The notes under the pieces: generated by a model | What the model was told of the DNA's origin: nothing | The model's input: the letters and a program-made list of their open reading frames with translations, nothing else | The model's database searches: none | NCBI GenBank assembly: GCA_026398615.1 | Contig: JAPLSN010000011.1 | Location: forward strand, 12,577-76,576 | Direction of reading: 5' to 3' | Length of the DNA stretch: 64,000 bases | Source of the DNA: Spirochaetota bacterium | GTDB lineage: Bacteria; Spirochaetota; Spirochaetia; Treponematales; UBA12059 | Position numbers and translations under genes: made by a program | Part shown: positions 51,988-61,216 of the stretch, in pieces | Numbering within the stretch: the stretch's first letter is position 1 | Layout: each line of letters opens with the position of its first letter

Positions 51988-53421
51988 ATGGCAGACTTGA
52001 CTGACAAGATCCGGCTGATCGCCGAGCAGGTGCTCGGGAGCCAGGATATACAGGCGCTGCTGAGGGGTGCCGAACCCGTCCCCGCCGCGCCCTCGAGGGC
52101 GGGCATTTTCCGCGATATCGACTCCGCGGTGGCCGCGGCGGCGGTGGCGCAGCGCGAGCTGGCCGCCCTGCCCCTCGAGAGACGCAAGGCGATGATCGCG
52201 GCGATGCGCCGCGTCATCGCCTGGAACAACAGGGACCTGTCGGAAGCGGCGGTGGCCGAGACGGGCTTGGGGAACCTCGCGGACAAGCAGGCGAAGAACG
52301 CGCTCGCCGCGGAGAAGACGCCGGGGGTCGAGGACATCGAGCCGACGGCGAGGACCGACGAGCACGGGCTCACCCTCACCGAGCCGGCTCCCTGGGGGGT
52401 CATCGGCGCGATCACCCCCGTGACCAACCCGATCGCGACGATCGTCTGCAACGCGATCGGCATGATCGCCGCCGGCAATAGCGTCGTGTTCAACGTCCAC
52501 CCCGGTGCCAAGGGTATTTCCTGCCGGCTGGTCGGCATGCTCAACGAGGCCATCATCTACGAAAGGGGGCCGCGCAACCTGCTGTGCGCGATCGCCGAAC
52601 CCACGATCGAGAGCGCCGGCGAGCTGATGAGGCACCCCGGGATCGCGCTCCTCGTCGTCACGGGCGGACCGGCCGTCGTGAAGGCGGCGATGGGGAGCGG
52701 CAAGAAGGCGATCTGCGCGGGACCGGGCAATCCGCCCTGCGTGGTCGACGCTACCGCGGACATCCCCAAGGCGGGGAGGGACATCGTCGCGGGCGCCAGC
52801 TTCGACCACAACGTGGTCTGCATCTGCGAAAAGGAAGTCCTCGCCGTGGACGCCATCGCCGACAGGCTCAAGGACGAGATGAGGAAGAACGGCGCATGGG
52901 AGCTCACCGGGGCGCAGATCGACGCCGTCACCAAGCTGGTGATCGCCGAGCCGGGCGGCCCCGACCGCGAGGGCGCCCCGAACAAGGCCTGGGTCGGCAA
53001 GAGTCCGGTCGCGATCGCGCGGGCTGCCGGCATCGAGGTCCCCCCGGAGACGAGGCTCCTCCTGATGGAGGTGGGCCGCGAACACCCGCTCGTGTGGACG
53101 GAGCAGCTCATGCCCGTCCTGCCCCTCGTGCGCATGAAGGACGTCGACGAGGCGATCGACTTCGCCGTGCTGGTGGAGCGGGGCTGCCGCCACTCCGCCA
53201 TGATCCACTCGCACGACATCGTGAAGCTTTCGCGCATGGCCAAGGCCATGGACTGCTCGCTGTTCGTCAAGAACGGGCCCTGCTACGCCGGCCTCGGCCA
53301 AGGCGGGGCCGGGCACACGTCCTTCACGATCGCGAGCCCCACGGGCGAGGGCATCACGCGCGCCCGCACCTTCACGCGCGAGCGCAGGTGCACGCTCGTC
53401 GACTCGTTCCGGATCGTGTGA
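51988..53421 (+). CDS. CoA-acylating aldehyde dehydrogenase (EutE/PduP family)
   Basis: PWGVIGAITPVTNP, VTGGPAVV, AGPGNPP, SFDHNVVCICEKE, EQLMP, TIASPTGEG. Confidence 0.95.
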   Translation: MADLTDKIRLIAEQVLGSQDIQALLRGAEPVPAAPSRAGIFRDIDSAVAAAAVAQRELAALPLERRKAMIAAMRRVIAWNNRDLSEAAVAETGLGNLADKQAKNALAAEKTPGVEDIEPTARTDEHGLTLTEPAPWGVIGAITPVTNPIATIVCNAIGMIAAGNSVVFNVHPGAKGISCRLVGMLNEAIIYERGPRNLLCAIAEPTIESAGELMRHPGIALLVVTGGPAVVKAAMGSGKKAICAGPGNPPCVVDATADIPKAGRDIVAGASFDHNVVCICEKEVLAVDAIADRLKDEMRKNGAWELTGAQIDAVTKLVIAEPGGPDREGAPNKAWVGKSPVAIARAAGIEVPPETRLLLMEVGREHPLVWTEQLMPVLPLVRMKDVDEAIDFAVLVERGCRHSAMIHSHDIVKLSRMAKAMDCSLFVKNGPCYAGLGQGGAGHTSFTIASPTGEGITRARTFTRERRCTLVDSFRIV

Positions 53422-53429
53422 GGGCTGCG

Positions 53430-53708
53430 ATGAAACTCGCGAAAGTCATAGGCAGGGTGGTCAGCACGAGGAAACTGCCCTGCTTCGAGGGCCTGAAGCT
53501 CCTGCTCGTGCAGCCGCTGGACCAGAAGCTCCAGGATTCGGGGCCCGCCATCGTGGCATGGGATACGGCAAGGGCGGGAGAGGGCGATCTCGTGTTCTTC
53601 GAGTCCGGCAAGGAAGCCGCCCAGGCCAACCCGAACGGCTGGTTCAATCCCGGCGACGCGGCCATCCTGGGCATCGTCGACTCGGTCGACCGGGAGGAGA
53701 TGCCATGA
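53430..53708 (+). CDS. BMC pentamer (EutN/CcmL family)
   Basis: MKLAKVIGRVVSTRK, KLLLVQP, AGEGDLV, DAAILGIVD. Confidence 0.93.
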   Translation: MKLAKVIGRVVSTRKLPCFEGLKLLLVQPLDQKLQDSGPAIVAWDTARAGEGDLVFFESGKEAAQANPNGWFNPGDAAILGIVDSVDREEMP

Positions 53709-53986
53709 TGGCCGGCAAGGTGGTGGCCAAGGTCGTATCCACGGAGAAGCATGCGCATTACGTGGGATACAAGCTGCTCATGGTCCAGCCGCTCGACGAC
53801 GGTGGGAAGCCAAGCGGCAGGCCCCTGCTCGCCGTGGACGGCGTGCAGGCGGGCGTCGGCGACCTCGTACTCGTGGTGGACGAAGGCGGTTCGGCCAGGA
53901 GCGTCGTCGGCGACGAGCAGGCCGTCACGATACGGACGGCGATCTGCGGGATCATCGACAGGATCGATATCGAGGTGGACGAGTGA
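53705..53986 (+). CDS. BMC pentamer (EutN/CcmL family)
   Basis: GKVVAKVVSTEK, KLLMVQP, DGVQAGVGD.V...EGGSAR, ICGIID. Confidence 0.93.
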   Translation: MMAGKVVAKVVSTEKHAHYVGYKLLMVQPLDDGGKPSGRPLLAVDGVQAGVGDLVLVVDEGGSARSVVGDEQAVTIRTAICGIIDRIDIEVDE

Positions 53987-54474
53987 GCGATCGAGATGAC
54001 GGCGAATTCGCGGACCCGGTCCGCAGCGTCGCGATGGGGGCCGACCATGGCGCGGTCGCCCAGAAGGAAATGCTGGCGAGGTACCTCGGGCTCCTCGGGT
54101 ATCTCGTCGTGGATGTCGGATGTTTCGGCACCGACAAGGCGGATTATCCCGATATCGCCGCGGCGGTCTGCCGCAAGGTCGTCTCGGGCGACTGCGAGCG
54201 CGGGATCGTCCTCGACGGAGCGGGCATCGGCTCCTGCATGGCCGCCAACAAGGTCAGGGGAATCAGGGCGGCGCTGTGCTACGACCTCAGGACGGTCGTC
54301 AACAGCAGGGCGCACAACAACGCGAACGTGCTGACCCTCGGCGGCCCCATGCACGGACCCGACGCGCTCGCGGAAATGGCGCGGGTCTGGCTCGAGACGC
54401 GCTTCGAGGGCGGACGTCACATCGTGCGCATAAACAAGATGATGGCATTGGAGCGTGGAGGCTCGATCGACTGA
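53983..54474 (+). CDS. rpiB: RpiB/LacAB-family sugar-phosphate isomerase
   Basis: [37 protein letters not shown]. Confidence 0.92.
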   Translation: MSDRDDGEFADPVRSVAMGADHGAVAQKEMLARYLGLLGYLVVDVGCFGTDKADYPDIAAAVCRKVVSGDCERGIVLDGAGIGSCMAANKVRGIRAALCYDLRTVVNSRAHNNANVLTLGGPMHGPDALAEMARVWLETRFEGGRHIVRINKMMALERGGSID

Positions 54475-55274
54475 TGGACCAGAACCAGATCATCCAGAAG
54501 ATAGTGGAGGAAGTCATGGCGAGGATGGTCGCCGTGCCGGGAGCGCAGGCGGCCGCACCGGTCCCGCCCGCCAAGCCGGCGGCCGGAGCCGGGGAAGGCT
54601 TGTTGCCCCCGGACCTGGCGAAGTACATCGACCATACGCTCCTCAAGCCCGATGCCACCGTGGAGCAGATAAACGTGCTCTGCGACGAAGCGGTGAAGTA
54701 TCGCTTCTGGTCGGTGTGCGTGAATTCCTCGTGGGTGGAGTATTGCGCGCGAAAGCTCGGAGGAACTGGCGTGAAGGTGTGCGCGGTCGTCGGATTCCCC
54801 CTCGGCGCGATGGACAGCCGCTCCAAGGGTCTCGAGGCCCGGACCGCGGTGGCCAACGGCGCCGCGGAGATCGACATGGTCGTCAACATGGGCACGCTCA
54901 AGGCCAAGGACCTGAAGGCGGTCCGCGAGGACATGCTTGCGGTGCGCAGGGCTTGCAGGGCCGGGATCGTGCTCAAGGTCATCATCGAGACCTGCCTCCT
55001 GACCGACGAGGAAAAGGTGCTCGCCTGCCAGATCGCCAAGGATATCGGCGCGGATTTCGTGAAGACCTCGACCGGGTTCAGCAAGAGCGGCGCCACGGTC
55101 GCTGACATAACGCTGATGCGCAGGACGGTCGGCCCCAAGATGGGAGTGAAGGCATCGGGAGGGGTAAAGAGTTTTGAGGACGCCGTCCAGATGATACGTG
55201 CGGGAGCCACGCGGCTCGGGACGAGCTCGGGCGTCGCCATCGTGAGCGGGCAGGCGGGCTCCGCGGCCTATTGA
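54474..55274 (+). CDS. deoC: Deoxyribose-phosphate aldolase with an N-terminal encapsulation-peptide-like extension
   Basis: [45 protein letters not shown]. Confidence 0.96.
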   Translation: MDQNQIIQKIVEEVMARMVAVPGAQAAAPVPPAKPAAGAGEGLLPPDLAKYIDHTLLKPDATVEQINVLCDEAVKYRFWSVCVNSSWVEYCARKLGGTGVKVCAVVGFPLGAMDSRSKGLEARTAVANGAAEIDMVVNMGTLKAKDLKAVREDMLAVRRACRAGIVLKVIIETCLLTDEEKVLACQIAKDIGADFVKTSTGFSKSGATVADITLMRRTVGPKMGVKASGGVKSFEDAVQMIRAGATRLGTSSGVAIVSGQAGSAAY

Positions 55275-55327
55275 GCATCGCGTCGCCACACGTGGCTCCG
55301 CGCGGCCGGTGCCGACCGGATACCGCC

Positions 55328-55999
55328 CTATTCCGGAAGCTCTGAGACAATGCTGACGCCTGAACTCGCCCCAATCCGATCCGCGCCGGCGTCGAGCATC
55401 TGGAGGGCGTCGTGGTAGTTGCGCAAGCCCCCGGAGGCCTTGATCTTCATCCGGTTGCCGACGACCTTGCGCATGAGGCGGACGTCGTCCACGCTGGCGC
55501 CGCCGGTGCCGAATCCCGTGCTCGTCTGCACGAAGCGCGCCCCGGCCTTGAGGGACGCCTCGCAGGCCTTCTCCTTCTCGGCGTCGGTGAGATAGCAGGT
55601 CTCGATGATCACCTTGACGGTCGCGTTCCCCGAGGCCTTGACGACCGACCGGATGTCGTCCTCGACGGCGCGCCAGTCGCCGGACTTGGCTGCCCCGACA
55701 TTGATCACCATGTCGACTTCGCGGGCTCCCTGCTTCACCGCCAGCGCTGCCTCGGCCGCCTTCACCTCCGTGGCGTTGGCGCCGAGGGGGAAGCCGATGA
55801 CGGTGCAGACCATCACCTTCGAACCTGCGAGCTCACGGGCGCAAAGCGGCACCCAGCAGGGATTGACGCAGACACCCGCGAAGCAGAACTTCCGCGCCTC
55901 GGCGCAGAGCTCGCGGATCTGCTGCTCGGTCGCGATGGTCTTGAGGGTCGTGTGATCGATCGTCGCCGCCAGTGCGTCCTTGGTCCATGCAGTGGGCAT
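55328..55999 (-). CDS. deoC: Second DeoC homologue with the Schiff-base Lys replaced by Gln
   Basis: IDHT, IGFPLGA, EVDMV, KVIIET, KASGG, RIGASS present, but FVQTSTGF instead of FVKTSTGF. Confidence 0.9.
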   Translation of the reverse strand: MPTAWTKDALAATIDHTTLKTIATEQQIRELCAEARKFCFAGVCVNPCWVPLCARELAGSKVMVCTVIGFPLGANATEVKAAEAALAVKQGAREVDMVINVGAAKSGDWRAVEDDIRSVVKASGNATVKVIIETCYLTDAEKEKACEASLKAGARFVQTSTGFGTGGASVDDVRLMRKVVGNRMKIKASGGLRNYHDALQMLDAGADRIGASSGVSIVSELPE

Positions 56000-56070
56000 G
56001 TGTGACTCCTCTTTTTTACGGGCGCGCCCCGGACGGGGTGCACCTCTCCAGATCTGGAAACAGCACTCTG

Positions 56071-56655
56071 CTAGAGCAGTTCGCGCCGCGTCTGGACCAG
56101 CTTCCGGAGCTCGTCGAGCATCCGCCTGTCCACCGACTCGGCGATGGGATAGATGAATCTTTCCGTCTCGTCCGTGTAGCGGACGATGAACTCCACGTCG
56201 GTAACGTATCCGATCGAGATCATGTTGCTGATCCTGTCCGCGGTCTTGAGCACCCTCGCCGAACGGGATCCGAAACGCCTGATCCGTTCCAGGAATTCCG
56301 GTTTCGTCTCGACGGGACGGCGGGTCACCTCGAGCACCAGCTTGTAGACCTCCGCGGCTTCGTCGTCGATCTCGAGGATGGAACCCCGGTCCAGATCCGG
56401 CAGGTCCTCGACGATGTCGTGGATGAGGCTCGCCTTGAGCAGGACCGAGTCGATGTAGCCGTAGTCCATGAGTATGCCCAGGGTGTCGATCTGGTGGCGG
56501 AACATGTTGCCGCCGGATCTCCTGGGCTTGCCGATGAGCGCGGAGGCCAGCTGGATGTAGGGCGCCAGGTGCATCTCCCTGAGCTTGACCATGTCGTCGG
56601 GCTTCATGAGGAGAATGTCATCGCCGTGAGGCGCGTCGCCTTGGCTCTTGTCCAT
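56071..56655 (-). CDS. Stand-alone HD-domain protein, RelA/SpoT hydrolase (Mesh1/SAH)-like
   Basis: R.SG....[25 protein letters not shown]. Confidence 0.75.
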   Translation of the reverse strand: MDKSQGDAPHGDDILLMKPDDMVKLREMHLAPYIQLASALIGKPRRSGGNMFRHQIDTLGILMDYGYIDSVLLKASLIHDIVEDLPDLDRGSILEIDDEAAEVYKLVLEVTRRPVETKPEFLERIRRFGSRSARVLKTADRISNMISIGYVTDVEFIVRYTDETERFIYPIAESVDRRMLDELRKLVQTRRELL

Positions 56656-56707
56656 GATGCTCCGTGTCGACATCCAGGCGGACTGACAGCACCCGCCTGA
56701 ACTCCTT

Positions 56708-59347
56708 TCAGGCCAGATCCCGGACGTATTGTTCGAGCTTGCCGATCCTGCGCTCGGCTTCGGCCAGCTTCTCGCGCTCCCCCCGTACGATCTCCTCGGG
56801 GGCCGACGCGGTAAAATTGCCGTTGGACAGTTTCGTCCTGAGTCGCTCGGCGAAGGAGCGTTCCTTTTCGGCGTCCTTGGAGAGCTTCGCGGCCAGTTCC
56901 TTCGCGTCGATGACGTCGCGCACGATCACCCAGGCTTCGAAGCCGTTCCCCACGAGCGCCACGGCGCCTTCCGGCTTGACGTCCGCCTTCTCCAGGCCGG
57001 GCGCGTTCGCGAGCAGGGCGACCAGGGCGCCGTTCTGGATTATGTACTCGGCGGCAGCGAAACCCGGTTCGAAACGGACGGCCACGCGCGCCTTCTTCTC
57101 CGGCGCCACGCCGAACTCGGAACGCAGGGTACGCACGAGCCGCACGAGCTCCTGCAGCGAGCCGAATTTCACCCCGAGTTCCGGGGCTTCCCGTTCCTTC
57201 GACGGTTCGGGGTACTTGCGGACGATGAGCCGCCCTCGCTTGTTCGGCAGCATCCCGTAGATCTCCTCGGTCACGAAGGGAAGCAGGGGATGCAGGAGGG
57301 CGAGCGTCTCCTCGAGCACGTCGAGGAGGATCGTGGCGGCGCGGTCCTTTTCGCGGCCGTCGTCCCCGCGGAAGGAAATCTTGGTCGCCTCGATGTACCA
57401 GTCGCAGAAGTCGTTCCAGAAGAATTCGTGCGCCGCCTGGGCCGCCTCGTTGAAGCGGTAGCCTTCCAGCGAGCCACGGCAGGCCGCGGCGGCGGCGTTC
57501 AGCCTGTGGAGGATCCAGCGGTCGACGTCGCTGTACCCGAGGGAACCCGCGGGGAGGAGTTCGCGTCCCTCGAGGTTGCCGAGGATGTAGCGGCTGGCGT
57601 TCCAGAGCTTGTTCGCGAACCTGGAGCCGAGCTTGAAGCTTTCCCTGTCGACGAGGACGTCCTGGCCAGAGGCGCAGTTGAAGGCAAGCGTGAACTTGAG
57701 GGCGTCGGCGCCGTATTCGTCCACGATCTCCAGCGGATCGAGGCCGTTCCCGAGGGACTTGGACATCTTCCTGCCCTGCTTGTCGCGGACGAGGCCGTGG
57801 ATGCAGACGTCGCGGAAGGGGCTCTTCCCGGTGAATTCCATGCCTGCCATGATCATCCGCGCCACCCAGAAGAAGATGATGTCGTAGCCGGTCATGAGGG
57901 TCGACGTCGGGTAGAACTTCCGGAAATCGGCCGTGTCCTTCGGCCAGCCGAGGGTGCTGAACGGCCAGAGCCAGCTGGAGAACCAGGTGTCCAGCACGTC
58001 CTCGTCCCGGCGGAGTTCCGTCGACCTGCACTTCGGGCAGATCACCGGATCATCGCGGTCCGCGATGACGTGGCCGCAGGAGTCGCAGTACCACACGGGA
58101 ATGCGGTGACCCCACCAGAGCTGGCGGCTGATGCACCAGTCGCGGATGTTGGTGAGCCAGTGCTCGTAGGTGTGCTCCCACTTCTTCGGGTAGAAGACCA
58201 CGTCGCCGTCGCGCCAGGCCTTGAGGGCCTTTTCCGCGAGCGGCTTCATGCGCACGAACCACTGCTTCGAAAGGAAGGGCTCGATGGTCGTGCCGCAGCG
58301 GTAGCAGTGTCCCACCGCGTGCGCGTGCTCCCTGACCTCCTTGAGTAGGCCCGCGGCCTCGAGATCCGCCAGCACGGCTTCGCGTGCCGCAACCACCTTC
58401 ATGCCCCGGTATTTCCCCGGGACATTGTCGTTGAGCGTGCCGTCGGGCGCGAGCACGTTGATCCGCTGAAGGCCGTGGCGGTTCCCTACCTCGAAGTCGT
58501 TCGCGTCGTGCGCCGGGGTGATCTTCACGATCCCGGTGCCGAAGGTCCGGTCCACATAGGAGTCGGCGATGACCGGTATGAGGCGATCGGTCAGGGGCAG
58601 CTTCACGCGTTCGCCGACGAGGGCGGCGTAACGCTCGTCGTCGGGATGCACGGCCACCGCCGTGTCCCCGAGGAGGGTTTCCGGACGGGTGGTGGCGATC
58701 TCGATGCGCCCCGAGCCGTCCGCCAGCTCGTACCAGATATGGTACATCTTGCCGTTCTCGTCCGCGTGCTCGACCTCGTCGTCGGAGAGGGCCGTACCGC
58801 AGGACGTGCACCAGTTCACGAGGTACTCGCCGCGGTAGACGAGGCCGCGCTCGTAGAGCATCACGAAGACGTCGCGCACCGCCCGGGAGAGCCCGTCGTC
58901 GAGGGTGAATCGCTCGCGGCTCCAATCCACGCTGGCCCCGATCCTCGCGAGCTGGTTCCGGATGAAGGCCTTGTGCTCTCTGGCCGTCTTCCAGGTTTCC
59001 TCGACGAACGATTCGCGCCCGAGTTCGTGGCGGCTCCTGCCTTCCTTGCGCAGGCGCCGTTCCACGACGTTCTGCGTGGCGATCCCGGCGTGGTCCGTGC
59101 CCGGCACCCAGAGCGTGGGGCGGCCGAGCATGCGGTTGTAACGCACGGAGATGTCCTGAAGGCTGTTGTTGAGGCCGTGCCCCATGTGGAGCACGCCGGT
59201 CACGTTCGGAGGGGGGATGACGACGACGAAGGGCTGTTTCCCGGCTTCCCCGGCGGGCTCGAAGAGCCGCTCGGATTTCCACATCGCGTAGATGCGGTCT
59301 TCGAAGCCTTTCGGGTCATAGGCCTTCGCCAGCTCGATCGCTTTCAC
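56708..59347 (-). CDS. valS: Valine--tRNA ligase
   Basis: PPPNVTGVLHMGH, DHAGIATQ, DWCISRQLWWGH, KMSKS, C-terminal coiled coil. Confidence 0.97.
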   Translation of the reverse strand: MKAIELAKAYDPKGFEDRIYAMWKSERLFEPAGEAGKQPFVVVIPPPNVTGVLHMGHGLNNSLQDISVRYNRMLGRPTLWVPGTDHAGIATQNVVERRLRKEGRSRHELGRESFVEETWKTAREHKAFIRNQLARIGASVDWSRERFTLDDGLSRAVRDVFVMLYERGLVYRGEYLVNWCTSCGTALSDDEVEHADENGKMYHIWYELADGSGRIEIATTRPETLLGDTAVAVHPDDERYAALVGERVKLPLTDRLIPVIADSYVDRTFGTGIVKITPAHDANDFEVGNRHGLQRINVLAPDGTLNDNVPGKYRGMKVVAAREAVLADLEAAGLLKEVREHAHAVGHCYRCGTTIEPFLSKQWFVRMKPLAEKALKAWRDGDVVFYPKKWEHTYEHWLTNIRDWCISRQLWWGHRIPVWYCDSCGHVIADRDDPVICPKCRSTELRRDEDVLDTWFSSWLWPFSTLGWPKDTADFRKFYPTSTLMTGYDIIFFWVARMIMAGMEFTGKSPFRDVCIHGLVRDKQGRKMSKSLGNGLDPLEIVDEYGADALKFTLAFNCASGQDVLVDRESFKLGSRFANKLWNASRYILGNLEGRELLPAGSLGYSDVDRWILHRLNAAAAACRGSLEGYRFNEAAQAAHEFFWNDFCDWYIEATKISFRGDDGREKDRAATILLDVLEETLALLHPLLPFVTEEIYGMLPNKRGRLIVRKYPEPSKEREAPELGVKFGSLQELVRLVRTLRSEFGVAPEKKARVAVRFEPGFAAAEYIIQNGALVALLANAPGLEKADVKPEGAVALVGNGFEAWVIVRDVIDAKELAAKLSKDAEKERSFAERLRTKLSNGNFTASAPEEIVRGEREKLAEAERRIGKLEQYVRDLA

Positions 59348-59573
59348 CTGTACTACCCTCCGTCGGGGCTGACGCTCGGTCCGCCCCGGGCTCGGGGTGG
59401 ATGTGACGCCGCCCCGTTTCCCCGCCGCCCCTCGTCATCGGGGAAACGGGTACCGGCAATCTACCAGAAAAGACGGTGCAATGGCAAAGGGGAGCGGAGG
59501 GAAGCCGCTCCACTCCCCGGAACTCGCTGCCAGTCACCGTGACAAAACCGGATAATTCGTCTATCGTGTGCGC

Positions 59574-60860
59574 ATGGATCGAACCGACGTCCTCATCGTC
59601 GGCACGGGGCCCGCCGGCCTCGCCGCCGCCTTCGAAATCAGTTCGCGCGCGCCCAGGCTCACGGTGGCGATGATCGACCGGGAGAAATTCTCCACGGGCG
59701 GCCTGCGAAACGACTGTAAAATGAATTTCACCTACCCCATCGGATTCCCCGTGGACGTGTGGACGGAAGACCTCGCGAAAGCGTACCTCGCGCGCACAGA
59801 GGAGTTCCTCAAACCCCCGATCATGGACAGGAAAAACGTGTCCGTGTACGCCCGTCGGGCCGAGAAGATCGGCGTCAGGCTGCTCGAGATCCGCCAGGCC
59901 CACCTCGGTACGGACGGCGGCCTGGCACTCATCAAGGACCTCACCGCCGAACTCATGCGGCGCGGCGTGGCCATCTCGCTCGGGGAAAACCTCCTCGGGA
60001 TCGACGCTGCCTCCCGGGTCGCGACCACCGACCGGCGCGAGCTGTCCTGGGGCGCCCTTGTCGTCGCTCCCGGGCGGAGCGGCTTTTCGTTCGTGCAGAG
60101 CCTCCTCACGACGCTCGGGGTGCCGTTCACCGACAACGTCGTGGACATCGGGGTGCGGGTGGAGACGAGGGAGGGAAACTACCAGATCGTCAAGGATTAC
60201 TACGACCCCAAGTTCATATTCCCCGAAAAGACGCGCACCTTCTGCACGAACTCGCGGACAGCCCGCGTGGTCCAGGAGAAATACGTCACGGACGACGGAC
60301 GCGCCTACTACAGCGTGAACGGCCACGCCTACGCGGACGAGAAGATGCGGAACGGGCTGGCGAATTTCGCCATGCTCAGGACCGTGGAATTCACCGAGCC
60401 GCTCGCCTCGGGGCAGCGCTTCGCGGAAATGCTCGGGATCCAGGCGGCGCTCATGGGCGGGGGAAGGCCCATCATGCAGCGCATCGGCGATTTCCGCCTC
60501 GGCAAGCGCTCGAAGCTGTCCGGGTTCTCAGGCGACCTCTACGATTTCGAGCCCACGCTGGCTTCCGCCACGCCGGGGGATATCTCGCTCGCGGCGCCTT
60601 CGAAGATACTCCGGGCCATCTGGAAGTCGCTCAAGGCCCTCGACACGATCGTGCCGGGCGTCCTCCACCCGAGCACGATCATGTACTACCCGGAGATCAA
60701 GCTCTACGCGAACCGGCCGACCTTCGCCGACGGAAGCTTCCGCGTCGCCGACCGGGTATGGATGATCGGCGATGGGGCAGGCACGAGCCGCGGGATCACC
60801 GCGGCGTGGTCCAGCGGGCTCCGGGCGGCCGACGGGATCATGGACGCGTTGCGCGACTGA
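59574..60860 (+). CDS. Uncharacterised FAD-dependent oxidoreductase
   Basis: VGTGPAG Rossmann motif, HLGTD, APGRSG, DIGVRVE, RTFCTN, VNGH, GDGAGTSRG. Confidence 0.85.
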   Translation: MDRTDVLIVGTGPAGLAAAFEISSRAPRLTVAMIDREKFSTGGLRNDCKMNFTYPIGFPVDVWTEDLAKAYLARTEEFLKPPIMDRKNVSVYARRAEKIGVRLLEIRQAHLGTDGGLALIKDLTAELMRRGVAISLGENLLGIDAASRVATTDRRELSWGALVVAPGRSGFSFVQSLLTTLGVPFTDNVVDIGVRVETREGNYQIVKDYYDPKFIFPEKTRTFCTNSRTARVVQEKYVTDDGRAYYSVNGHAYADEKMRNGLANFAMLRTVEFTEPLASGQRFAEMLGIQAALMGGGRPIMQRIGDFRLGKRSKLSGFSGDLYDFEPTLASATPGDISLAAPSKILRAIWKSLKALDTIVPGVLHPSTIMYYPEIKLYANRPTFADGSFRVADRVWMIGDGAGTSRGITAAWSSGLRAADGIMDALRD

Positions 60861-61216
60861 AGCCGGCGAGCCGGGCGCGTCCTCACTTTTCCCGAAGGTC
60901 GTGACCCCGTCCCGGGCTGCCTGGGAGGGAGCGCGGAGGCTGCGCGCGCAGCGGTCGCGGAACAGCTTCGCGGGTTCGTCGGAGGGGTTGTTCCGGATCA
61001 TCGACTCGTACGCGACGAAGGCTTCCTCGAAACGGCCTGTCCGGTAGGGTTCCCACGCCGATGCCCTGTCCGCCGGAATGAGCTTGTGCCTGCTTTGGCG
61101 GTACCGCCGGGACTTTTCCTTGACGCGGCGCGCTTCCCTTCCGTATATTGTCGCTCCGGAAGGCGGGAAAACAGCGAGCACGGGTTCCCCGCACCCATCT
61201 CAAGGAGCATGATGCC

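Noticed and set aside
54120-55274. RpiB-DeoC fusion or 384-aa DeoC
   Set aside because: rpiB and deoC are in different frames joined by TGATG; the extra N-terminal part is off-frame rpiB sequence.
50062-55274. Eut/Pdu metabolosome or carboxysome
   Set aside because: No ethanolamine ammonia-lyase, diol dehydratase, glycyl radical enzyme or RuBisCO; the signature enzymes are DeoC and RpiB.
59348-59570. T-box riboswitch upstream of valS
   Set aside because: No UGGNACC antiterminator consensus, specifier stem or U-tailed terminator found.
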